A stretch of DNA of 64,000 bases, from assembly GCA_008012175.1 (NCBI GenBank), contig SSEF01000001.1, positions 25,061-89,060 on the forward strand, in the 5' to 3' direction. Position numbers and translations under genes: made by a program. The stretch is from Candidatus Moraniibacteriota bacterium (GTDB taxonomy: Bacteria; Patescibacteriota; Minisyncoccia; Moranbacterales; UBA1568). The notes beneath the pieces were generated by a model. That model saw nothing but the letters and a program-made list of their open reading frames with translations, ran no database searches and was not told the DNA's origin. Below are positions 53,661 to 61,933 of this stretch, one piece after another (the stretch's first letter is position 1; every line of letters starts with the position of its first letter).

Positions 53661-53666
53661 TATACT
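53661..53666 (+). promoter_or_regulatory. Candidate -10 TATACT only 6 nt upstream of the GT4 ATG (probably leaderless mRNA)
   Basis: GGGGTATACTGGTGACATG; transcription from this -10 would start at or within a few nt of the ATG at 53673. Confidence 0.35.
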
Positions 53667-53672
53667 GGTGAC

Positions 53673-54899
53673 ATGGCTGTAAAGACCGAAAACACGGAAA
53701 AAAAAGTCCTGATGATCGCGCCGACCCCGTTCTTCTCGGACCGGGGGACGCATATTCGTATCTTGGAAGAGGCGCTCGCTCTCGAGCGGCGCGGCTATAG
53801 CGTGACCATCGCGACCTATCACGTCGGCCAGAACCTGCCCGAGTCGCTCGCGGCGAAGGTCGAGGTGCGGCGCATCCTCCGTCTCCTCTTCTGGTACAAG
53901 AAACTCGAAGCGGGTCCCGATTGGCAGAAGATCATCCTCGATCTCATGCTCATCCGGAAAGTCTTCTTCCTCGCGCGCACCACGCGGCCGGATATCCTGC
54001 ATGGCCACCTGCACGAGGGCGCCGCAATCGGCTGGATCGTGCAGAAGGCGCTTTTCTGGCGGGGGATGAAGCTCGTCGCGGACTTCCATGGCAGCCTGAC
54101 CAAAGAGATGGTGTCGCATGCGTACCTCCAGACCGGACCGCTCCGGGCGCTCTTCGAATGGGTCGAGCGCTTCATCAATAATCTCGGCGATGCGGCCGTG
54201 ACGAGCTCGTGGAAGAACACGAAAGAGATCGCAGCAACCCGGAAAACAAGCGAGCCGGTCACGGTGCCCGATGGCGTTGGTACGGACGCTGATGAGGCGG
54301 TCGATTTCCCGCGCGCGGCGCTCCGGCGGAAATACGGCATCCCCAAGGAGATGCTCGTCGCGACCTATACCGGCGCGCTCGTCGCCAACAAAGGCATCCA
54401 GCATTTCGTCTCAGCCATCCCGCTCATCCTCTCGGGCGATCCGCGGGCGCATGTCGTCATCGCCGGTTTCCCTTGGAATGAAGTCGCCAAGCGTTTCGAG
54501 GGCAAGCCGTGGATGGACCGTGTCACCGTCATCACGCCGCTCCCGTATTTCTCTCTCCGCGAGATCCTCGCCATGAGCGATGTCGGCATCGACCCCAAGG
54601 AGGAGGGTGTCGGTCAGGCGAGCGGGAAGATGCTCCAATATATGGGGGCAGGGCTTCCGGTTGTCTGCTTCGATACCGAAAACAATCGCGAGTACCTCGC
54701 CGAAGGCGGGGAGTACGCGCGTGTCATTTCGAGCGTCGGCCTCTCTGACGCGGTGCTCCGCCTCTTCCGCGATCCCGAACTCCGCCGTCGCAAGGGCGAG
54801 GCCAATCGCGCCCGCGCCCAGGAGCGTTTCAGCTGGGACCGGACGGGCGATATACTGGTAGACGTGTATGCTGGAGTATTGGCTAAACGGAGCGCATGA
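53673..54899 (+). CDS. Glycosyltransferase family 4 (GT-B)
   Basis: N-terminal KVLMIAPTPFFSDRGTHIR and C-terminal GT4 motifs (E..G.P...D). Confidence 0.8.
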   Translation: MAVKTENTEKKVLMIAPTPFFSDRGTHIRILEEALALERRGYSVTIATYHVGQNLPESLAAKVEVRRILRLLFWYKKLEAGPDWQKIILDLMLIRKVFFLARTTRPDILHGHLHEGAAIGWIVQKALFWRGMKLVADFHGSLTKEMVSHAYLQTGPLRALFEWVERFINNLGDAAVTSSWKNTKEIAATRKTSEPVTVPDGVGTDADEAVDFPRAALRRKYGIPKEMLVATYTGALVANKGIQHFVSAIPLILSGDPRAHVVIAGFPWNEVAKRFEGKPWMDRVTVITPLPYFSLREILAMSDVGIDPKEEGVGQASGKMLQYMGAGLPVVCFDTENNREYLAEGGEYARVISSVGLSDAVLRLFRDPELRRRKGEANRARAQERFSWDRTGDILVDVYAGVLAKRSA

Positions 54900-56089
54900 A
54901 GACTTTCCTCATAAAAATCGGCAAAGCGTGGAGCGTGATCCGGCGCGATGGCGTAGTCCGGGGCGGCCGGCGCGTGGCGGAAGCATTCGCCGCGCTCTTC
55001 GCGCGGGTGGAGCCGGGCGATATCCTCTTTATCTCGGGGGGCGTGGGTGACAGCGCGCGCTATCGCACGACACATGTCGCCGAAGAACTCCAGCTGAAGG
55101 GCTTCCGCGCCTCAGTCACGGTGCAGGACAACCCGCGCCTCCTCTCGTATGCAGACCAGTTCCAAGTCTTCGTCTTCCATCGGGTGCTCTATACTGGCGC
55201 GGTCCCAAAACTCATCGCACGGCTCAAGGAACTCGGGAAGACGATTCTCTTTGAGACGGACGATCTCGTCTATGATCCGGCATTCCTCGTCCACATGGAC
55301 TACTGGCATCAGATGAATGCGCTCGAGCGGAAGCTCTACGAACACGGCGTCGGTGGCGAGATACTCGCCGACCCGTACGTCTCTGTCGCGACAACAACAA
55401 CCGGATTCCTCGCCGACAAGCTCCGCGAAAAAGGGAAGACAGTCTACGTCGTTCCGAATCGGCTCTCGGAACAGGACATCGCCTGGGCGCATACGGCGCT
55501 CGATGAGAAAGCCAAGGATAAAAAGCCAGAAACGGTGAACACTGTCCGCGTCGGCTATCTCTCCGGTACCCCGAGCCATAACAAGGACTTTGCCACCATT
55601 ACCGCCGCGCTCGTTGCGCTCTTCGAACGCTATCCCGAGATGCGGCTTGTGCTCGCTGGGCCGCTCGACACCGAGAGCGTGCTCAACCAGTATGCCGATC
55701 GCATCGAACGCCTGCCGTTCGTCCCGCGCCGCGAGCTCTTCGTCAATATCGCCTCGCTCGATATCAATCTCGCGCCGCTCGAGATCGGCAATCCATTCTG
55801 CGAATCAAAATCCGAGCTGAAGTTCTTCGAGGCGGGCATTGTCGGCGTGCCAACGGTCGCTGCCGCGACGCGCACGTTCCGCGAGGCGATCACCAACGGC
55901 ACTGACGGCTTCGTCGCGACGACGACCGAAGAATGGATAGAGAATATCAGCGCCCTCATCGCGGATCCAGCGCTTCGCGCGCGTGTGGGTGCAGCCGCCC
56001 ACGAGACGGCGCTGGAGGAGTACACGAACGCGGCCGCCCGGAACGACGCCTATTATGAATACCTCCGTGGTATCTTGAAAAAGCACTAG
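54896..56089 (+). CDS. Glycosyltransferase, GT-B fold (GT4-like)
   Basis: C-terminal FFEAGIVGVPTVAAATRTFREAITNGTDGF matches the GT1/GT4 sugar-donor binding region. Confidence 0.7.
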   Translation: MKTFLIKIGKAWSVIRRDGVVRGGRRVAEAFAALFARVEPGDILFISGGVGDSARYRTTHVAEELQLKGFRASVTVQDNPRLLSYADQFQVFVFHRVLYTGAVPKLIARLKELGKTILFETDDLVYDPAFLVHMDYWHQMNALERKLYEHGVGGEILADPYVSVATTTTGFLADKLREKGKTVYVVPNRLSEQDIAWAHTALDEKAKDKKPETVNTVRVGYLSGTPSHNKDFATITAALVALFERYPEMRLVLAGPLDTESVLNQYADRIERLPFVPRRELFVNIASLDINLAPLEIGNPFCESKSELKFFEAGIVGVPTVAAATRTFREAITNGTDGFVATTTEEWIENISALIADPALRARVGAAAHETALEEYTNAAARNDAYYEYLRGILKKH

Positions 56090-56095
56090 ACCCGT

Positions 56096-56890
56096 ATGGC
56101 GAAACGCATTTTCCCGGAAAGCAAGCTCGCCCACCGTTATCTCGATGGGCTCACCGGCCTCGAGATCGGAGCTTCGGCGCACAATCCCTTCGGCCTCGAC
56201 ACGAAAAATGTCGACATTGCCGACGAGTTCAATCGGAGCACCTACAAGAAGCGCGAGCTTCACATCTCGGGCGAAGTAGCGCCGATCGATATCGTCGCGC
56301 CGGGGGACAAACTGCCTGTCGAGGACGCATCGGTGGATTTCGTCATCTCTTCGCATGTGCTGGAGCACTTCGCCGATCCGATTGCGGCGCTCCGCGAGTG
56401 GTACCGCGTGGTGCGGCCGGACGGCTACATCTATATGATCGTGCCGCACATGGAGCGTACGTTCGATCGCGGCCGGACCCGCACGATTGTGGCCGAGCTC
56501 GAGGCACGCCATGCCGGCACACTCGCGGCGACGCCCGACCCTGAGACGGGACACTATAGCTATTGGGTGACCGAAGATATCGTCGATCTCGTCCGGGGGA
56601 TCGGCCTCGACTGGGAATTGGTTGATTTCCAGGACACGGATGATAAGATAGGGAACGGCTTTGCGATCGTCCTCCGAAAGGGTGCTCTCTCAGCCGAAGA
56701 ACGGAAGCATGTCGATGCCAAGTGGGCGGCGCATCTCGCGAAACGACAGGAATTGTCCGAGTCATTCTTCCGGCCCGGATCGCCGGTCGGACGGGCGCTC
56801 GAGCTCGTGGGCAATGCCTATCGCGAACTCGTCCGGAGCGGGCCGCTCGGTCTGTGGAAACGTATCAAGGAAATGAAGCATAGATCATAG
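56096..56890 (+). CDS. Class I SAM-dependent methyltransferase
   Basis: LEIGASAHNPFGL (motif I) and DFVISSHVLEHF (motif II/III). Confidence 0.8.
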   Translation: MAKRIFPESKLAHRYLDGLTGLEIGASAHNPFGLDTKNVDIADEFNRSTYKKRELHISGEVAPIDIVAPGDKLPVEDASVDFVISSHVLEHFADPIAALREWYRVVRPDGYIYMIVPHMERTFDRGRTRTIVAELEARHAGTLAATPDPETGHYSYWVTEDIVDLVRGIGLDWELVDFQDTDDKIGNGFAIVLRKGALSAEERKHVDAKWAAHLAKRQELSESFFRPGSPVGRALELVGNAYRELVRSGPLGLWKRIKEMKHRS

Positions 56891-56941
56891 AACAAAGATC
56901 ATTCAATCAAGAATCGCCAGCAGGGATATTGATCAAAATGC

Positions 56942-57313
56942 ATGGATAAAAACTTCCAAGAAATTTTGAAAGAGAAGGGGGACGCGTATGCATCTGGTGT
57001 CTATCGATTGAGCCGGTCGTTTCCTAAAGACGAGCTGTATGGACTTACTTCACAGCTTCGAAGGTCGGCATTGTCAGTTGTGCTTAATTGCATCGAGGGG
57101 TATGCTCGGGCGAGTGACGGGCAATACAGGAATTTTCTTCATATCGCGTATGGTTCCTTGAAGGAATCGGAGTACTTGCTCGGTTTTGCCAAAAGGGAGA
57201 ATTATGTTGATAATGAGGCAGTTTACGAAGAATTGCTCGGTCTGGCTGATGAAATAGGAGCGATACTTTGGAAGACTATCGATGGTCTGAAAGACAGGCA
57301 GGGGCAGTCCTGA
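56942..57313 (+). CDS. Four-helix-bundle protein (TIGR02436 family)
   Basis: Typical SLS..R.A.SV..N..EG motif (LRRSALSVVLNCIEGYAR). Lower GC (about 46 percent) than its neighbours. Confidence 0.8.
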   Translation: MDKNFQEILKEKGDAYASGVYRLSRSFPKDELYGLTSQLRRSALSVVLNCIEGYARASDGQYRNFLHIAYGSLKESEYLLGFAKRENYVDNEAVYEELLGLADEIGAILWKTIDGLKDRQGQS

Positions 57314-57337
57314 TTAATGTTTAATGATTCGTGATTT

Positions 57338-58309
57338 ATGAAAAAGAAAGGCATGAAAGTCCTCATTACCGGCGGGGCAGGATTCATCGGGAGCGCGACG
57401 GCGCGGGCCCTCATGGACCGCGGGGACACACCGATCCTCATCGACAATTTCAACGATTACTATGACCCGCGGATCAAAGAGGACCGCATCAAGAAGTTTC
57501 TCAAAGACTACAAGGGTCAGTTCAAGCTCTATCGCGGCGATATCCGCGACCGCGCCTTCCTCGAAAAAGTCTACAAGAAAGAACGGCCCGAGAAAGTCGT
57601 CCATCTCGCTGCCATGGCGGGCGTGCGGAACAGTCTGAAGGATCCGGCGCTCTATGCTGATGTGAACGTGATGGGGACGACGTACCTCCTCGACCTCGCG
57701 GTGAAGTACGGCGTGAAGAATTTCCTCTACGCCTCATCGTCATCGGTCTACGGCAACAATACCAAGCTGCCGTTCGCTGAGACCGATCCAGTCGATACGC
57801 CGATCTCGCCCTATGCCGCGACCAAGAAGGCGACCGAGCTCCTTGCCCATGTCTACAGCCATATCCATGCGCTCCCCACGACGGGACTCCGCTTCTTCAC
57901 CGTCTACGGCCCGTGGGGCCGGCCGGACATGGCGCTCTTCACGTTCACCCAGGACATCATCGCGGGAAATACGATCAAGGTGTACAACTACGGCGATATG
58001 ACGCGGAACTTCACCTATATCGACGACATCGTGTCGGGGATATTGACCTGCCTCGATGCCGACCTCGCCTGCGCGGTCATGAATATCGGCGGTGACAAGG
58101 AGGAGCGCCTCACCCGCTTCATCGAAGTCATCGAGGAAAATGTGGGAAAGAAGGCCAAGAAGAAAATGATGCCCATCCAGCCCGGCGATGTGAAGAGTAC
58201 CGTCGCGGATATCCGTCGCTTGCGCAAACTCGGCTGGAAGCCGACCACCCGCATCGAAGTCGGCATCAAGAACTTTGTGGAGTGGTATAAGGGGTATTTT
58301 AAGGCTTAA
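57338..58309 (+). CDS. NAD-dependent nucleotide-sugar epimerase/dehydratase (extended SDR)
   Basis: VLITGGAGFIGS Rossmann motif and catalytic YAATK. Confidence 0.85.
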   Translation: MKKKGMKVLITGGAGFIGSATARALMDRGDTPILIDNFNDYYDPRIKEDRIKKFLKDYKGQFKLYRGDIRDRAFLEKVYKKERPEKVVHLAAMAGVRNSLKDPALYADVNVMGTTYLLDLAVKYGVKNFLYASSSSVYGNNTKLPFAETDPVDTPISPYAATKKATELLAHVYSHIHALPTTGLRFFTVYGPWGRPDMALFTFTQDIIAGNTIKVYNYGDMTRNFTYIDDIVSGILTCLDADLACAVMNIGGDKEERLTRFIEVIEENVGKKAKKKMMPIQPGDVKSTVADIRRLRKLGWKPTTRIEVGIKNFVEWYKGYFKA

Positions 58310-58418
58310 CTTCGAGGAAGGGACTATGTCGTCGATGGAAAGATTGCCGAACTTGTCTTTTGTTGGAGATGTTTCCGATAAGGCGCGAAAAGAAAAACGA
58401 AAAGAGTAAGAGCGCTTT

Positions 58419-59336
58419 ATGATCGAGGATCATCGGCTTAGGATTTCTCAAGAAGAAAAAGATAAACTTGCTCGTCATGAAGTAGCGAAGACCCCAGAGG
58501 AAATTCGCCTGTTTGAATTTGCCGACTCTTGGGGACAGAAACGTCAGGAAATCTGTGGTGCTACCCCCTATCAATTTCCGGTAAGGAACATTTTTCTCTT
58601 GAAACCGGATGGCTATAACGAAATGGTTGGTGGAAGCGGCGCGACTGGGTATGTCGATTCTCAGCGAATTGCGATGGTTATCCAGGACAACAAGTATAAT
58701 CTCACATCAAAAGTATTCCATGAGATGACACATTGTCGGGGTAAAATCGTTGTTGAAATTGCTGAGCGCGATCAACGGGTACTTGGGAATACGCTGCGGA
58801 CGGGGCTCACCGTTCATTCAACGAGTACTCAGAATCGAAGAGGGGAAAGTCATAAACATCTACATGGCTTAGAGGAAGCAGTGGTGTCTCAGGAGGAAGT
58901 TTATTTCAGTTTTGCTTTACTGGATCGTCCAGAGTTCAAAGAGCTAAAAAGAATGATGCTATCTGAATCAGGTAGGGCGGAAAGAGAGCGTATTTGCGAC
59001 GCTAAAAAACTTGATAATGATGACCTACTCTGCTTTGATCCAGAGAAAAAAGAATATGAAATCGTAGGTTACTCGAAGCAGAGAAAAGTACTACGCTACG
59101 TCTGCCAAGAGATTGCTGAGGCAGTGAATAGCACTGAGAATGAAGTCTATTTCTTGTTTTTAAAAGCCCATTTTTCTGGTCATCTCCTTGAAATTGCTCG
59201 GTTGTTTGAGAAAACATTTGGTTCGGGGGCTTTTCGAAGACTTGGGGATATGGGCACAGACTCTGTCTCTGCTGTTCAGACACTTGAGGCTTTGAAAAGA
59301 ATGAGAGCCGGCATGATAGGAACTCGAGATAAGTAA
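58419..59336 (+). CDS. Hypothetical protein with HExxH (HEMTH) zincin-like motif; low-GC gene
   Basis: SKVFHEMTHCRG. GC about 43 percent, well below the flanks. No further family assignment possible by eye. Confidence 0.45.
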   Translation: MIEDHRLRISQEEKDKLARHEVAKTPEEIRLFEFADSWGQKRQEICGATPYQFPVRNIFLLKPDGYNEMVGGSGATGYVDSQRIAMVIQDNKYNLTSKVFHEMTHCRGKIVVEIAERDQRVLGNTLRTGLTVHSTSTQNRRGESHKHLHGLEEAVVSQEEVYFSFALLDRPEFKELKRMMLSESGRAERERICDAKKLDNDDLLCFDPEKKEYEIVGYSKQRKVLRYVCQEIAEAVNSTENEVYFLFLKAHFSGHLLEIARLFEKTFGSGAFRRLGDMGTDSVSAVQTLEALKRMRAGMIGTRDK

Positions 59337-59375
59337 AAAAAACGAGACGGCCCGGAGGTCGTCTCTTGTTTTGTG
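59337..59375. terminator. Bidirectional intrinsic terminator between convergent genes
   Basis: A8 run, GAGACGGCC-CGGA-GGTCGTCTC hairpin, then TTGTTTTG; reads as a terminator on both strands. Confidence 0.6.
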
Positions 59376-59407
59376 CGCGCGTTGGCGCGGGATGGTATCG
59401 TCGGAGC

Positions 59408-59950
59408 CTAGCCCTGAACGGGGTAGAACATCCGGCGCTTTGCTCGGGCTCGATCAAGGAAGCCTGGATCTTGGCTCGCCTGGACCTGTTCCGCCAGTCG
59501 GCGATAGACAGCGGCCGTTTCATCGTCCCAGCCAACAGGGAGACAGATGATGTTGAGATGGTCGACCGTCACAGGCGGATGGCCTTCGCCAGTAGCGGAG
59601 AGCTCTCCGAGTTTGACTGCCTGCAAGCTGATCCCGGCGAATTCCAGCGCCGTATTGGTCCGCTGCGGTATCAACGAAGCGTGGCGTCCGAGCGAGGTGC
59701 AGGACGGTTGACTGCGGATCGACAGTTTGCTCCACGGATTGAGTCCGTCGAGGTCAAATCGGCAATGCTGTTCATATAGCTCGAACACGCTTCTCTGTAT
59801 TTCCAGGATGATCAGAACTTGATCCGCCTCTCCGGTGGTGACGATGTCATCGTAGAGATATATACGGTGAAGCAATCCTGGTTTCCGGCTTTTCCGGGCG
59901 ACATCGGCCAAGGCCAAAGCAATGGCGGCTGCTTGTCTGAGTGTCGGCAT
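59408..59950 (-). CDS. Phosphoribosyltransferase-like protein (PRPP-binding motif near the N-terminus)
   Basis: LHRIYLYDDIVTTGEA matches the PRT-family PRPP-binding signature (four hydrophobics, D-D, two hydrophobics, T-T-G). The motif sits at residues 28-43 of 180, an atypical position. AGGAGG RBS 7 nt upstream. Confidence 0.5.
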   Translation of the reverse strand: MPTLRQAAAIALALADVARKSRKPGLLHRIYLYDDIVTTGEADQVLIILEIQRSVFELYEQHCRFDLDGLNPWSKLSIRSQPSCTSLGRHASLIPQRTNTALEFAGISLQAVKLGELSATGEGHPPVTVDHLNIICLPVGWDDETAAVYRRLAEQVQASQDPGFLDRARAKRRMFYPVQG

Positions 59951-60003
59951 ATACTACCTCCTATCTGATTTTAAGGTCCAAAAAACGTCCATTGGGACAT
60001 CCT

Positions 60004-60032
60004 ATTCTACTAGTTTCTCTTGTCGGCGTCAA
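60004..60032 (-). promoter_or_regulatory. Sigma70-type promoter for the PRTase-like gene (minus strand: TTGACG, 17-nt spacer, TAGAAT)
   Basis: rc of 60027-60032 gives TTGACG; rc of 60004-60009 gives TAGAAT. Spacer contains ACTAGTTTCT, the same 10-mer as repeat block B. Confidence 0.5.
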
Positions 60033-60072
60033 GGAGAAATGAAAACGGACGACCAATTTTTTTGGTCGTCCG
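60033..60072 (-). terminator. Intrinsic terminator after small-protein gene B (minus strand)
   Basis: Minus strand: CGGACGACCAA-AAAAA-TTGGTCGTCCG (perfect 11-bp stem) followed by TTTTCATTT. Confidence 0.7.
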
Positions 60073-60100
60073 GAATGCTGGCAAGGCAGCGCGAACAGTG

Positions 60101-60427
60101 TTACTCACTGAGAGGCTCGCAATAATCCCGTTTGTAGCGGATCACTGCTCCTGGCATCTGGCTCCAATAGCGAGCAGCCTCGTATTTTCCTTGGGCGGTG
60201 AGAGCGGCTACGACGTCGCTTTTCATGACATAGTAGCCACTCGGTTCGTCCAGAAAGCACTGTCCGTCACGGGTCTCAGACAGCGCGGCAGCGACTTTGT
60301 ATCCGTCGATCCGTATTGTGCAGCCGACAAGCGCCTGATAGTGGGTCAGGAGCGCATCGGATGGGGCGGTCGGTCGGCGGATGATGCGGATCCGTTGGAT
60401 CTCGGTATCAGCGGTCAGTTCAGACAT
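60101..60427 (-). CDS. Small hypothetical protein B (108 aa), paralogue of the upstream gene
   Basis: AGGAGG RBS 7 nt upstream. N-terminal TADTEIQRIRIIRRPTAP aligns with PADTEPGIPRLVQIIRRPPDI of protein A. Also AALSETRDGQC versus AELSETMGIC. Confidence 0.55.
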   Translation of the reverse strand: MSELTADTEIQRIRIIRRPTAPSDALLTHYQALVGCTIRIDGYKVAAALSETRDGQCFLDEPSGYYVMKSDVVAALTAQGKYEAARYWSQMPGAVIRYKRDYCEPLSE

Positions 60428-60428
60428 C

Positions 60429-60797
60429 TCATTCCTCCTTCGGAGTGTTCATTGGCGGGTGGGGAGTCGCAAATCCCGGATCATCCGGAATGACAGCTGT
60501 GTATATGTAGCAGTCAAACGGAATTCTTGTCGCGCGACCAAGCGGAAGACAAATGCCCATCGTCTCGGACAATTCTGCTCCGAATTTTGTATCGAGGGCG
60601 GTGCGTATCGCCCGATTGTCGAGGAAGAGGGCGTACGCATCACGCCCGAACGCGGGGTCATCAGTCAGAGAACGGAGTGCCGGATCGACTTCTACACAGA
60701 GGTCGATGAGTACGGCCCCGAGCGCCGGATTGATGTCCGGTGGGCGGCGGATGATCTGGACGAGGCGCGGTATTCCTGGTTCGGTATCTGCAGGCAT
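60429..60797 (-). CDS. Small hypothetical protein A (122 aa), paralogue of the downstream gene
   Basis: AAGGAGG RBS 5 nt upstream of ATG 60797; 1-nt gap to gene B. Confidence 0.55.
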   Translation of the reverse strand: MPADTEPGIPRLVQIIRRPPDINPALGAVLIDLCVEVDPALRSLTDDPAFGRDAYALFLDNRAIRTALDTKFGAELSETMGICLPLGRATRIPFDCYIYTAVIPDDPGFATPHPPMNTPKEE

Positions 60798-60842
60798 TTT
60801 TCGCCTCCTTGCTATGTTGTCAAAGAATTTTTCGTCCCCGAA

Positions 60843-60872
60843 ATAATAGCAATGATAATCCGATTTTGTCAA
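60843..60872 (-). promoter_or_regulatory. Sigma70-type promoter for the A-B small-protein operon (minus strand: TTGACA, 18-nt spacer, TATTAT)
   Basis: rc of 60867-60872 gives TTGACA; rc of 60843-60848 gives TATTAT. Confidence 0.5.
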
Positions 60873-60911
60873 TAGGAGCGTAAGTGGATGTTATGATGGA
60901 TAAACTACTAT

Positions 60912-61856
60912 ATGCATCGGATTGTTGTTTGGATATTGATATGTATTGTCAGTATCGGGGCGCTGTATGCGTTTGAGTCGGCGCGCGTCCCGTGCCGTTC
61001 GCCGCTCGGGTACGGGATCGGGCAATTCGACGGCCGCTTCGACATCACGCCGGATGAATTCCGCATGGCTCTGGCCGAAGCCGAAGAGCCATGGGAGCGG
61101 GCGCTTGGACGCGAGCTTTTCCAATATCGGGATAAAGCACTTTTCCCAGTGAATCTCATCTTCGACGAGCGGCAGCAGCGCACCATCGATGGGAAGAATC
61201 TGGAAGACGAACTGGCTGATGTCACAGCGATGCAGACTAGCATCCGTGAGAAATACGCAGCTGCGGCCGATACGCTCTCAGCCCGGCGGAAGGAATATGA
61301 TGCCATGCTCGCTCGTTTTGAGCAGGACCTTGAGCGTTACAATCGGCGAGTGGCTGATTGGAATGGGAGCGACCGCACCGATGAGGACGAGCTCGAATGG
61401 CTCCGAAAGGAAGAGCGCCGTCTCGATCGGACCAGCGCCGAACTCGAGACGCTTCGCGGGAAAGTAAATGCGCTCGTCGCAATCGTTAACCGCTATGCCA
61501 AAGAAGAGGAGAAAGTCGTCGATCGATACAATGCGGAGGTTGAGACATTCGCGGAGACGTACGGGACCGGTGAAGCGTTCGATCAGGGCGTGTATGACGG
61601 TCAGGGGATCGACATCTACCAGTTTGATGATCGGGAGCATCTCGTGATGGTGCTCACCCACGAGCTCGGGCATGCGCTCGGTCTCGAGCATGTCGCCAAC
61701 CCAAAGTCCATCATGTACCCCGTTCTCGGTGAGCAGGATCTCGGCGAACTCGCGCTTTCGGCAGAAGACCGCGCGGCGCTCGAAGCGGTCTGCTCGGTCA
61801 CAGTGATCGATCTTCTCGTCCGTGACGCGCGTCAGGCATGGCTGGGCCTTTTTTGA
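60912..61856 (+). CDS. Membrane-anchored metzincin (matrixin/M10-like zinc metalloprotease) with a coiled-coil region
   Basis: HELGHALGLEHVANPKSIMYP corresponds to HExxHxxGxxH plus a Met-turn. N-terminal TM helix. Confidence 0.75.
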   Translation: MHRIVVWILICIVSIGALYAFESARVPCRSPLGYGIGQFDGRFDITPDEFRMALAEAEEPWERALGRELFQYRDKALFPVNLIFDERQQRTIDGKNLEDELADVTAMQTSIREKYAAAADTLSARRKEYDAMLARFEQDLERYNRRVADWNGSDRTDEDELEWLRKEERRLDRTSAELETLRGKVNALVAIVNRYAKEEEKVVDRYNAEVETFAETYGTGEAFDQGVYDGQGIDIYQFDDREHLVMVLTHELGHALGLEHVANPKSIMYPVLGEQDLGELALSAEDRAALEAVCSVTVIDLLVRDARQAWLGLF

Positions 61857-61933
61857 GTCGACGATAGAGGAAGCATTTTCTAGCGGGAAGTCAATGCTCG
61901 AAACCGCAGCCGAAGTAAGGTAGAATAGGGAAC

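Noticed and set aside
55805-56554. 249-aa minus-strand ORF across the GT / methyltransferase junction
   Set aside because: Overlaps two plus-strand genes with clear family motifs; Arg-rich antisense artefact.
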